Below, piece after piece: positions 15,138-27,150 of a stretch of 64,000 nt of DNA. Below the pieces are notes generated by a model. That model was not told the DNA's origin. It was given only the letters and a program-made list of their open reading frames with translations, and made no database searches. Source of the DNA: Tubulanus polymorphus (taxonomy: Eukaryota > Animalia > Nemertea); the NCBI RefSeq assembly GCF_964204645.1, contig NC_134028.1, positions 15,259,653 through 15,323,652 of the forward strand. The letters run 5' to 3'. The stretch's first letter is position 1; the number at the start of each line of letters is the position of its first letter. Both the position numbers and the translations under genes were made by a program.

Positions 15138-18100
15138 ATAATAGATAGATTGTACATGTAAGATAGAAAGAAATATGTCATCGTAACAGCTGGTCTGATC
15201 CAAGAAATTATTTATTTACAATCATAGAAAAGATATATTTATTTTGAGATTACATAAATTAATTTAGTGTAACTGTTGTCAATTCTTGAAAAATCTTTAC
15301 TGTGCAACCTGAATGTAATCACCTCAAAACTTAAGGACTACTTGCATAGGCCTGAATATTGAATTTACAATTGGTATATTTGTATTGGTATAGCTATGCA
15401 TATAATATTATCCATGAGTTTTATGGTAATTGTTTTCTCTTTGATTTCACCGGGGCGTTGATAAGTGGAATTACATGATATATACAATTGCAGGAAAAAT
15501 GCCACCATTGATTTTTTCAACAAGTCGGAATGAACAAATGCTTATGATAGAATGCTACATTTCAAACTTCTGCCATCCAGATAATATACACGTTAAAACT
15601 TAAAGTACAGTCATCCTCGCTTAATTTGTCTTTGGTTAATTCGTATAACAACCTAATTTGTATAAAAGTGAAAGGTCCAGATTTTTTCATTCGTTATTTC
15701 CTTTGATTTCCATCGGGTAGTTCGTAGCCAGATCCATGGCCCCTTTTCTTAACTCTTTCAGTGCCCAGTCGGCTTTAGTCGACAGATTATTTCAGGTTGT
15801 ACAGTGCCCTTTCGACTTCCGTCAATAAATCTTATAGCAGTTTTATTTTTAGTTTTTTGTATAGTATTCAGCAGACAAACCTTCCACTAGATGGCTTGAT
15901 TAAATGGCAGGGCCCATAAGTTTGTTTTTATGCTGCATTTTTGTGGTGTTGCAATTCAAAATATTTGAGTTTTTGCGTTAGAAAGTAACGGGTACCTATC
16001 TTGAGGTCATGTGATCTAATTAAAAGCTCATTTTCTAATCAAGATTACCCATTTGATTTATATTTCTGACAGTAGACATGAAATATTCCAATGTCAGCCG
16101 TTAGCTAAGGCTAGATACCCGATTTGTTCATTTTCATACCAGAAATTTAGGGGGTTTTCAAATAAGTAGGTCACCGTCTATAATTTATGCAAATTAGCTC
16201 ATTTCCATAAGACGTCGCTTTCATTAAGAAAAATTATCACCAAAATTTTCGATGGGTTATACCCTACAAACTTTCAACTTTCAATTACCATAAAGCTCTA
16301 TCTCCTATAGTTTTCACTCTATGGAGCACCAAAGTTGCAACTGATTTTCCTACGTTTTAGTTAACGATGATGGGCACTCTGAGAGTTTTTCTCAAATTAC
16401 ACATGGGCACTGAAAGAGATAAAAACAATTGAAAAAGGGATGCCTAATTTCTATCCAAAAATGGCCAAATTAAAGGCATACAGCAAAAGCAGTTACATAG
16501 TTCATATTCAGGTGACCTTGGTTACTCGGGTCACTTTGGTTACAAATAATATCTCTGAGTGACTTTGCGCAGAGCGTCCAAACTTACATTGTCCAAACAT
16601 CAACCTGTATCTAAGCATTATCATATCATTACAAAATTGCTACCAAAGCATAAAAGCAGCCATCTCATTTGGTACCAAAAATTTGGTAACCAAAAGTGTT
16701 GACCGCACCAACCTGTTACAAAGTTTCGGCATTAGTTTCTTATAGTATAGATAGGACATCTGTTGGGTAGTATAGTAGAATCCACCGTACTCGGTACCGG
16801 TTTACTCGGTTAACCAGCTGTGTCTGTGAAATTTTCTGATCGCTCTGTATTCCTATTCTAAATTTATCTCTAACTCAGTACCACTCAACTTGGTTTCCCA
16901 CTTAAACTCTGGAATTTGTGCTCAAATCTGTTCTCTGTTTTGGCTAACTCGATTTTTTTAAGCCGACCTCCAATTTGGCATGTAGTCTAAAAGATTGCCT
17001 GTAAACGTTATGTTAATATAACCTTAGATTAGGCGTTACAAGTATAGTATATGTATCATTATTTTCACTGGGCATATGATATAGCAGAATTTCAGCTGAG
17101 ATTTAACTGGGTGTACAGTAAATGGACCAATTCCCAGATGAGAATGTCTATGAATTCGAATTCTGGCCACAAAACCGACCATAGAACACTAATGTCCATG
17201 TATTAAAATTATCAGATGATTAATTTCATCTGCATACTGCATATGGATTAACCCTTGAGCTCCTCCTGCAGCTGTTCCAATAACAGTAAACTTTTTGATG
17301 AAAATAAGCTACCGGTAGTTATCAATAAACCTATCTAAAAACAAAATGTACGTATAGCGCAATAGCTGTGACGACATAAATTGCAATAACGTTTAAAAAT
17401 ATTTTGACACTACGCCAATTATAGTATGACAATTAATAATGATTGCTGTTTAAATTATATCTATGTATTGGAATAATTTTTAAATTTTGGTGTGACATTT
17501 TTTTCCTAGTGTGCAAGAAGTGGCATTCTTCCTATGTTGCAAAATTTGGTGGCATTTTACTGGTGGGATTATTTTTGTATACTGGTATATCCATACATAA
17601 TCATACCAATGCATATATTGTGACCACAATCAATTGAAAATTCTACCTTATAACGTTCTATGAATGTGGAGTTTCAAGAGCATTATGCCTTTTTACTAAT
17701 TTGGTCATGTGGGGTCTCAAAAATTGTAATTGTTTGTCAGATTTTCAAGCACTTCACTAAGTAGGCATTGTATCCCTGGACACCTAGTTGATATTTCATA
17801 TGTTGATAATCGGTTTTTATCTTATCAGACATAACAAATATATGTTTGTGAAATGCCTTATAATGTTGATGAAATTCAGGTCTGGAAGGACCAATTGTTG
17901 AATGCAAATCGTTCAGTTTAGTGCAAACTTTATTTTCCCCATTGGTCTGCTTATTTGAGGGCAGGGCCACAATTTTTAATGTGATAACTATTAATATGAA
18001 AACTTGTGTGCACACAGCAATAGGTTTTTCTTGGTTATTTGGATACTTGTGATTTAAAACAAGAAACTTCATCAGCAATTATGTAGGGATCAAATGACAG

Positions 18101-20565
18101 ATCAAAATATCTACCATTTTTCTCATCACTTCTGGTGCTGTAGATTTATTTCAGTTGTGTCTTTATATGAGATGGCAGCTGTACGAAACATCAAAACGCA
18201 TGAACAAAGCCATAGGTCTTTAATGTTTCTTGTTTCAAGGTTTATCTTGGTGAGTGCACTAGGAACCTATCAGTTTAATGACAGATGTAGTTTTATTTAG
18301 CTACTCCAAAACCCTAGACTGTGATATCTGATAACTTTTTATCAATTTGATCATGATTGGTTCTTGTTTTGAAATGATAGCATTAGTTTTTTTTAGAATT
18401 AAATATTATTTCAATCATACCTTTGTATTGAATTTTATTCTGTTTGACTGGTACAAAGTACTCTTTTTCAAATGTGATATGTACTATTTTTTGATGTTGT
18501 GTTAACGATTAGCTTGAGTATATTCAATTTTGATGTGGTATCGTGCTGCTGAAGATTATACATTGGTGAGTTGAAGGGCTACTGATGATTCCTCCTGGAA
18601 TGGGATCATTCAATTAGTACATACATTGATAGGGAGGGGTTCAGTGAAAATGCAAGCAAATGCCTATAGGGGAAGGGTCACACCAGGCCTAATACGTTCG
18701 CACCATTTGATGCCTTTTTTGATACAGCATTTAAAAACAATATTGTTCTACAATATGCTATGACTCAATAAAATACTCAATGTTGTTGTTCCAACGATTA
18801 TCGTGATGGCCGCATTGGCAGAATTAAGAAAATAACGCAATGAGAAGTCTGATTGTGTCCAGTTCGACTCCTATTGCATATTTCACTTAGTTTCATACAT
18901 ACAACGGTAGTTACCATTAATTAGTATGTTTACAAAAATCATAAAGCGTACATGCAGGGGGTTGTGGTGGTGTTGCATATGAGGGAAGGAGGGGGTTAAA
19001 AATTCAGCTATTTTTTGCATACATATTGAACGATCCCTTCCTTATGGCTGGCTTATGCCGACCTGCAACTCAACGCCTACTGATGCAACTGGGTTAATCG
19101 GCAAGTTGTAACCTATGGTATCCACTCAATAAAAGATAGCTTACGATTGCAACCCGATGACTACTGATTCATCGCAAGCCGTATCTAGCTAGTTGCCCAT
19201 GTTCTACTCCGGCCTACGGTAGGCTGATATTTGCTTTTGAGAACAAGTGACCTGACCTCAGCTGCAATAGACGAACCTGAGCCAATCAGAGAGAGCATGC
19301 ATAGAACAAATTGTAACCGCTAGTTAGCCACATTTGGATCTTGTCATGAACTTTCAAATTTAGGCTTCCAATAGTGGGATTCGAACCTAATAGCTTATGA
19401 TAAACTTGACATCCAAGTCCTCTAAATAAAGTACAGAATTCAACATCTGCCTATTTGAAATTCTCGAGTATTTGGAGTATGAACATGACAGATCTGAGCA
19501 CTCGCTTCAAATCCAAGTAAGATGAATTTGGGGGGGGGGCCAAAAGGACACGATTTTGCTGACCCACCTCATCAAATCTTATATCATTTGAAAGGCTTGA
19601 CTATTTATAAAAAGTTTGTGTTATTTCGTAATAAATTTGATGCATGAAAAGCAACAGCAAATGAGCTATTCAGTATCGTGATAAATTTGGATTTCCCTTG
19701 AATTTTCATGAGGACTAATAGACGCGACATAGTGATGTTCCTTATTGCTAATGGATTAAAGATGATCCAGTGTTAATAAGAAATGACACAGACAACCTTT
19801 TTGATAATTATATAGCTTAGCATACACATTTTACAGTAAAATGCTTAAAATTAAAGGTGGAACTGATACATGCCTTAACACTTGGCTCCAGTTTGAATGA
19901 GCGCCACGTTGCAGGTCAACATAATCCAGCCTTTAGAGTTACTTTCTAATTTCATGAATTGGTTATGGTAACATTCCTATCCACAGGATGCAATTGTTAC
20001 ATCCAGTATTATTGATATACTAATGCATATAGTTTCTTACCAGGAGCATAAAAAAACAGTAGTGATGTATATGAATGCAGAAATGAATGCTCATGGTATA
20101 CATTGCCAGAGGGAAATTTCTGAGAATAAAATGACCAAGTAAGAAAATATAACTACATTGTAAAGGTATAAAATAGAATGGAACCTTGTTGCAACGATCT
20201 TCAGCGGACCAGAGATTTTGTCCATTATGACCGATAGTTAGTTAATCATTGAAAGTTTGCGAAGCCTATTCTGGATCGAATCCCATTTTGCGATAACCAA
20301 TAAAAAAAAAACAATCAATTTTTATCCAAAATTCTTTATTCTGACATTGTTTATGATTTCTCCTATGATAGTCTCCTATTAGCGCGTATGCTTTCAAGTC
20401 GAATTATTGCTGAACTCAAACATTAATCTAAAGATCAGTGCAACATAATATGAATTGAGTTCCGTTCACTTGCTCAAATCATCAACAAACTTAGAACAAT
20501 AATCACTGCTCTCAATTGATTCAAGTAAGGAGTCTATTGCATCTTACATGATTCTCACTCTGGCA

Positions 20566-21679
20566 TTTTTAGCCCACTTGGGACTTAAGTCCCAGCGGGC
20601 TATTGCGTTCACTTTTTGTTCGTCATTTCATCCGTCCGTAGATGGAATCCAGTTATTTTGGGAAGTTTTGAAGTCGCTTCAAGGTAATGTCTTGATATTT
20701 GGTTTATACATGTATCTACCCGAGGCACATCTTCAGCCCAAAAACTGGCCATGTCAGATTCAAGGTGGCCGACTGGCAGCCATTGTTGTTCGCCCAAAAT
20801 CAGCACTTTTTACACATTTTCGAAGTTTTTGAGGGAAATTTTAGAGACGCTTAGATCAATTACTTTTATTGTTCAAATGTATTTGTATCGACCAAGGGCC
20901 CATCAGCATGAGAAAAATTGGGTCGATCAGACTCAAGATGGCTGACCTGTGACCTTTTTTGTGCCCAAAATTGTCAATTTTGGCCTGAATTCTAAGTCCT
21001 GTAGCTTCCTACTGGTTTGCCATTTTTCATTGCAATTTGTGGTGGGTATTCTTTGGAAAGGGATGTTTTATACCCGAGACAGGTTAGATTAGGCAATTAT
21101 TACACAATTTGCAGCTATCTTGGTGTCGTCAGTACTCATTCGCATGTGGAAAAAAGTTTTTCCACATTATATTGATACTTAAGCATATTTTGTTACCACA
21201 ATCAATTGGAAAGGTGTTGCTCATGACATGGTCTATGACCGTGTTGAGTTTCAAGGTCCTTGGTTTTTATATATGGCCACCAGGGGGCGTTGAACAATAC
21301 AATAACTTAGTATTTCTATATTATATTTGTACCTATGCATATTTTGCTACCACAATCAATTTGAAAGTTGTAGCTCATGACATGTTCTGTGATTATGGTG
21401 AGTTTCAAGGTCAATGGGCTTCGCATATGGTCACCAGGGGGCGTTGAATAGTAGAATAACTTAGTATTTGCATATCATATTGGTAACTAGGCATATTTTG
21501 CTGCCTCAATTGATTACAAAATTGTAGCTGCTGACATGTTCTATGATTGTGGTGAGTTTGATAAGGCCATTTGATTTTTTCAAGGTCATTGGATGGGGCA
21601 TTGAAAATTGAAATTGTTAGATTGTTGAGCATCTGAATCCACTTCCCAAGTGGGCATGGTGTCCCTGGACCCCTAGTTA
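20566..21679 (+). mobile_element. Non-autonomous Helentron-associated element (HINE/DINE-1-like) with internal tandem repeats
   Basis: Starts ttttagcccacttgggacttaagtcccagcgggcta (subterminal hairpin), then a tccgtccgt tract, ~126-bp tandem units, and ends ...ggacccctagtt. Confidence 0.6.
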
Positions 21680-22649
21680 CCAGTGGCATTATATTTTCAA
21701 GTATGTGGAAAAATACCTTTTATGTGTTTATTGAACAAAGCCTAGGCATGTAAATATGTGTGTTATTTATTTAATATTTTATTACGTTAAAGATAAAATG
21801 TGATAATGAACTGCCAGTAGGAATTTTTTTTAATTTTTAAATTCATCACTTGCGTGTTTAACCCCAGTACTTCTTTGATTCCAATACGTTTTTTGGCTGA
21901 GATGTGGGTCACCTATTGTTTTTAACTAATAGGATACTCGGCGCAAAATTCATGCATATAGCTATCAGGATACATACAGTAACCACTGAGTTAGGTCTTG
22001 TTACCGCTATGAATAGGATAGAATGATTGAATTTATTCTACTTTGTATCTTTCAATAAAGAGTGAAACTACATAGTTCCAGCAATCAGTGATTTTTAAGT
22101 CAAGTTAAAATACCCCACAGATTTTCTGCATTCTCTGGGATCCCAGGAACTTGGATAACCTGCCAGGTTTTTTTACAAAGGAGTATTGAGCCCCGGGACT
22201 GATTGCAATATATCATTCAAGTCCATATTTCTTAAGAATTTCCTTAAGTATTTCCATAAGTAAAACTCTAAAACTGAGTGGTATGCAATACAGATCTTAG
22301 GTTAAGAATTTCCTTAATTTATCCATAACTTTTAAGGGACTTCTGACGTACCTTAAGTATACTTTTGGTTAACTGATTCAGAAAGCACTATATAGAAGGC
22401 AGTGGCAGACTGATCTGACTCTGTAATGGTAGACGATAGTTTCAATCCGCGATACCCATGTACCCCCATGCGCATGCACGAATCGAGATTCTAAGAGAAT
22501 ATAAGTGAAAATTTTGGGTTCGATCTCAAAAGCACTTGGCGGATAGCACAACGCTCTACTCACTGAGCATGATGCGGAACTGCCGGAACCGCAACTGTTT
22601 AACCATTTCTAGCCTTACCCTAATAAAACACTATTATAACCCTATCCCC

Positions 22650-24480
22650 CTAACCCCTGGACCCTAAAGACCCTAAATCCGATTGAAAAGCTATTCTCTC
22701 GAAAACATGTATGTACTCACAAAACAATGACTTTAATTCCTCATATTGACAACTTTGAATATTAGAATGATTAATGTTACTTCTGCCATTAGTACTTTTA
22801 CATTGATCTACACGTTTGACAAGATTTAATTCTAAACGACTTTGTAATGATAACACATTAGGGACTTTGCTCTTGACAACTTCACGCTTAAGAGAATACT
22901 TTGTCGTTATACATCATTGGAATATCAACTGAGCCAAATGACTCCAATGGTTGACTACCAAACCCATAAATTCTGATGTTTAAAGGCTCAAGCAACGGTT
23001 TCATTGACTGATAACAACCAAACGAAACAACGTTAGTATCTCACCTGTCTCAATGTTAAAATTTACAAATCCACCTGGTGTCTGAAGCTTAACCTGCCAA
23101 TCCTTATCGACTGGACGATTAGGTCTACATGAAAATATGTAAACACGCTCAAAATGGCTGTACTTTTTTGCAATATCTACACTGTTACAGTGTAGATATT
23201 GCAAAAAAAGTGTTTCCTGTACGCCGGACATCTACCCGGATTATGGGTTGAGCCACAATTGTGACGAGACGATTGTGACACTCTATTACGCTACGAGAGT
23301 GACCACCTCTATTTGCGAATTGCGGAGCCCTTCGCTGTGAACCTCTATTAGTATACGGACTACGACTAAGCGAACGACCACGATTTGTCGGATTATACAC
23401 GCGACCGCGATTGGACGGAAATGATCCTCGTCTCCTACCACGTTGATAATCGACATTTGCAGATGCGGATTTGAGTAAACCTCCCTTGTCTGTTGTTGTT
23501 GTTCATACAGTTGAGCTTTGCTAACGATATCGTCTAGCGACGTGTCTTCTGTCCCCAACTTTTCTCTCAGTCACGTACACCATTCGATAGCTGAACACAA
23601 AGCTGATCGTTCAGGACTGTACCAGTATAATAGCAATGAGCGGCCAGCTCTTTCAAAGCTGTTAAATATTCGGAAAATTTCTCATTTTCTACCCCAGTGA
23701 AGTTCATTACTTGTTCCTTATTCCATTACTTATTGAGAATTCATCTCCCAATAAGGAACAACTAACATGTTACTTGTTCCTTATTCAGATTTTCTTGTTA
23801 CTTATTGAGAATAAGTAACAAGTAACATGTTACTTGTTCCTTATTGGGAAATTAATTCTCAATAAGTAACAAGAAAATCTGAATAAGGAACAAGTAACAT
23901 ATTACTTGTTCCTTATTGGGGGATGAATTCTCAATAAGTAATGGAATAAGTAACAAGTAATGAACTTCACTGGGGTGAACAAGTAACATGTTACTTGTTC
24001 CTTGTTCCTTATTCAGATTTTTTTCGTCTTTACCGGTTCAATTTTCGTAACTTATTGAGAATTCATGTCCCAATAAGGAACAAGTAACTTGTTCCTTGTT
24101 CCTTATTCAGATTTTCGTCTTTACCGGTTCAATTTTCGTTACTTATTGAGAATTCATCGCCCAATAAGGAACAAGTAACTTGTTCCTTGTTCCTTATTCA
24201 GATTTTCGTCTTTACCGGTTCAATTTTCGTTACTTGAGAATTCATCGCCCAATAAGGAACAAGTTAGGCCTACTTGTTCCTTATTGGGCGATGAATTCCG
24301 AATAAGTAATTGAATAAGTAACAAGTAATGAACTTCACTGGGGTCATTTACTTTCTGTTTCCTGTCTTGAAACTGGGTGATGTAACCTTTGCGCAAGCGT
24401 TTTGGTTCAAAGTAATCATCAAATGCCTTGATCACTCAAGTATAGATTTTCTTCTGTTCTTCAGTTAGGCCCAGATTATG
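22650..24480 (-). pseudogene. Ty3/Gypsy gag-protease remnant, 3' part
   Basis: Fragments VIKAFDDYFEPKRLRKGYITQFQDRKQK, SLDDIVSKAQLYE, Zn-knuckle-like HNCGSTHNPGRCPAY and degenerate protease VNFNIETG. Continues the gag broken at 42921. Confidence 0.75.
23691..24344. mobile_element. Foldback/MITE with palindromic internal repeats inserted in gag
   Basis: Ends accccagtgaagttcattac / gtaatgaacttcactggggt. Interior consists of ttacttgttccttatt / aataaggaacaagtaa inverted units. Confidence 0.75.
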
Positions 24481-24590
24481 CGGTGTTGTCATATCGCGGA
24501 ATCGCGGAATTTACAAAAAACAGAATTTCTTCATTTTCACTATATATAGTAACCGCGTTTTATAGCACCCTGAGATTTCCGCATCACAAG

Positions 24591-24680
24591 AGTAATTAGA
24601 AGATGGCGTTTTCAGATCAGAGTACGAGAGTACGAGACACCACTCATCACCACAAGTAATTTTTTTTCCTAATAAATGGG
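24591..24680 (+). repeat. Polinton left terminal inverted repeat
   Basis: agtaattagaagatggcg...cctaataaatggg is the exact reverse complement of 41665-41754. Confidence 0.97.
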
Positions 24681-25002
24681 AGATAGAAAAGCATTCTTAG
24701 CAACAATAAATAACAGAATAAAACCAGCAAAAAAACAATTTGAAATAAAAAAGTTAGTTGATGTTACAAAAGAAATTGAACATAAAATATTGAAATTAGA
24801 AAAGATAAAAACTAAATATGGAGAGAAAGTATCAGCTAATTTAAGCTACTGTAATGTTAGTACATCGCGAGAATTTAAAGTGTTTTTACCCGATAAATGG
24901 GTTTCATTGAGTACGGAGGAATTGAAAGATTTAGTAGGATTTAAAATAATATATCATGGGAAAAATGAAGACGGTCATCATGATTTAGAAATTGTTGATT
25001 AA
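24676..25002 (+). CDS. Polinton small hypothetical protein (108 aa), possibly OB-fold-like
   Basis: Intact ORF starting inside the TIR at TAAATG. Beta-rich pattern KIKTKYGEKVSANL...FKVFLP...IIYHG. Confidence 0.7.
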   Translation: MGDRKAFLATINNRIKPAKKQFEIKKLVDVTKEIEHKILKLEKIKTKYGEKVSANLSYCNVSTSREFKVFLPDKWVSLSTEELKDLVGFKIIYHGKNEDGHHDLEIVD

Positions 25003-25374
25003 ATAAGAAATAAAAATAATGAATATCTAGAATCCAAAATGACCTTAGTCGTTTTATAAACAACTACAATCATACAGTACATCTGTTACATATTATTATA
25101 AGAGAGTGCTTCATTTGAATATTGATCAATCAAACAGGTGTTGCACAACGTTGTTGTTATAATAAGCCCGTAGTACATACAACACACACAAACCAGTTAG
25201 CTGGTATTGAATTACTGCGTTTTCATTAGTTGCTGAAAACGAGGTTTATTTAAATTAGCTCGGCCGTGACGACAGGAGGATAGTCATCATTCTCTCGTGA
25301 TTAAAAGGAATATTTCAATGTTTTTACGGTAAGTTTTAGCAAAATTGCCCTATCCTCGACCTACAGAGTTTTCA

Positions 25375-25559
25375 GGGGATAAGCATCCCATTATTGAAAG
25401 GCGCCACGGGACGCTTATCCCCCGTCATTTCTACTTACACCCCCGGAGACCCACGTCAACCGGGATCTCCTTCAATGATTGGTAGAAATCACATTATATT
25501 AAAGGCGCCTAATGTAATTTCTACCAATCTCGAAATTCGAAACCGAAGGAGAAACCCGG
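25375..25559. ncRNA. Candidate structured non-coding RNA or DNA element of the Polinton
   Basis: 15-bp stem 25375-25389/25408-25422, 20-bp stem 25477-25496/25510-25529 and enclosing stem 25460-25473/25545-25559. Both loops contain AAAGGCGCC. Confidence 0.5.
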
Positions 25560-25974
25560 AGAGTGGACGAAGGTGCATTTTCAAAATGCCTCTGCTGGCC
25601 AGAGCTACTCCAGTGGTTGAATGAATTGCCTTATATACTTAGCTAAAACACCTAAGTAAATGTTGTTGGTGCTAAAAAAATATGTGAAATTTGAAATTAT
25701 AAATTATTCCGAATGAAAAGAATGTAAGAATGAAAACTGATAAGTGAATTATGTATTTTTAACTTAATTATGATATAATTTTTAATCAAATTAGTAATCA
25801 ATTACTATGTTAATTGATTAACAAATTCAAATATTCAAATAAAAACAAAATAAATTAATAAAAATAATGAATATCTAGAATCCGAAATGACTTATCTGGA
25901 CAATTTAATTGCTCCGCATAGATAGACAAAAGTAGTGAGATATTCAATTATTTTTTTGCTTTTTTTCTAAAATA

Positions 25975-26343
25975 TTAATCCATTTTTTTTATTATCAATT
26001 TTGGAATTTCAGAAGTATTTTCATTTTTGATAGCAGTTGTTTCAGAATTACTAATATCATGAATTTTATTTGATTTCTTATACCAATTACACCCAATCAA
26101 AATGAATACAATTACAAATCCAACTGTAAAATATAAATATTTATCAAATATTCTATTATCAGAAGGAGTAGAAATAACAATATTTTCACCATTTTTATTA
26201 ACATTTTTATTACTTATTTTTTCTTTTACAGCTTTTTTATATTCTTGTGATTTAATTCCTAATTGTCGAGACCATTCAATTTGTTTCTGAGTTCTCGGTT
26301 TTTTCTTCACAGTTAATTCCTTCACTTCTTTCACCTCGCTCAT
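25975..26343 (-). CDS. Polinton single-pass membrane protein (122 aa)
   Basis: TAAATG start, basic N-terminus, hydrophobic YLYFTVGFVIVFILIGCNWY. Homolog at 63308-63676. Confidence 0.8.
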   Translation of the reverse strand: MSEVKEVKELTVKKKPRTQKQIEWSRQLGIKSQEYKKAVKEKISNKNVNKNGENIVISTPSDNRIFDKYLYFTVGFVIVFILIGCNWYKKSNKIHDISNSETTAIKNENTSEIPKLIIKKMD

Positions 26344-26881
26344 TTATTATAGAAATATTTTTACTTTCAATATTTGAAAATGTTATAACCCCAGTTGATA
26401 ATAATGTCATAAATCCACCTAATTGAAATGATAAATATCCAATCCATTTATTTAATTCAGTCATAACTAAATAGTCATTTTTTAAATCGGAATATAATCT
26501 ATTTTCATTTTCAATTGGTAGTATATAATTACATAATTTACTATAACCTTTTACTACATTTTCTGATATCGCGTCATTAATTCTAGCTGTTCTCGCGGCT
26601 TCATAAATCTTAAATAATCTAATAATTTCATCTGATTTCATTGTATCTAATTCATTATAAGTTAAATTTTTACCGACAAAATTTTTACATTTTCCAGATG
26701 CTATTAATATTTCTAATTGATGTTTACAGAAAAGATAATATTCATAATTATTATTTGTTGTAACATTATTTAAAGCACCATCATCTGGAGTTAATTTTGT
26801 TTCTGTTATTCCTAAATCATCTAAAGTTTTTTCAATTGAAACATCACCATTTTTAGATTTTATTTTCTTTTCACCTCCCAT
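26276..26881 (-). CDS. Polinton conserved hypothetical protein (201 aa)
   Basis: TAAATG start. Clear homolog at 62710-63315 sharing IEKTLDDLGI, YEYYL.CKH and LYSDLKNDYLVMTEL. Confidence 0.85.
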   Translation of the reverse strand: MGGEKKIKSKNGDVSIEKTLDDLGITETKLTPDDGALNNVTTNNNYEYYLFCKHQLEILIASGKCKNFVGKNLTYNELDTMKSDEIIRLFKIYEAARTARINDAISENVVKGYSKLCNYILPIENENRLYSDLKNDYLVMTELNKWIGYLSFQLGGFMTLLSTGVITFSNIESKNISIINERGERSEGINCEEKTENSETN

Positions 26882-26912
26882 TTATATAACAAAAAAATTA
26901 ATTGTGTGATGT

Positions 26913-27132
26913 TGCAACTAGAATTTAACTAGAATTCAACTAGATTAACAAGCTAGTTGAAATATTGTTAAATCTAGTTGATTTTTGTTTCAACTACTAA
27001 CAACTAGAATTCAACTATAATGTAACTATAATTAAAATAGATTAACAAGCTAGTTAAAATATTGTTAAATCTATTTGATTTTTGTTACAACTACCAATAA
27101 CTAGAATTCAACTAGATTAACAAACTAATTGA
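26913..27132. repeat. Intergenic AACTAG/CTAGTT-rich degenerate repeat
   Basis: About two copies of a ~110-bp unit (agattaacaagctagtt.aaatattgttaaatcta.ttgatttttgtt) plus many caactagaatt motifs. Confidence 0.75.
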
Positions 27133-27150
27133 ATTTAAATAAATTCATAT

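Noticed and set aside
23691-24344. CRISPR-like repeat array
   Set aside because: No unique spacers; the units are palindromic rearrangements within TIRs, the context is eukaryotic and there are no cas genes.
25393-25525. ATTGAAAG and AATTTCTAC words resembling CRISPR/Cas12a repeat ends
   Set aside because: Short chance matches explained by the hairpins; no array or nuclease.
25394-25624. 76-aa ORF in the structured island
   Set aside because: TTG start, no TAAATG, composition unlike the other Polinton genes and no counterpart in element 2.
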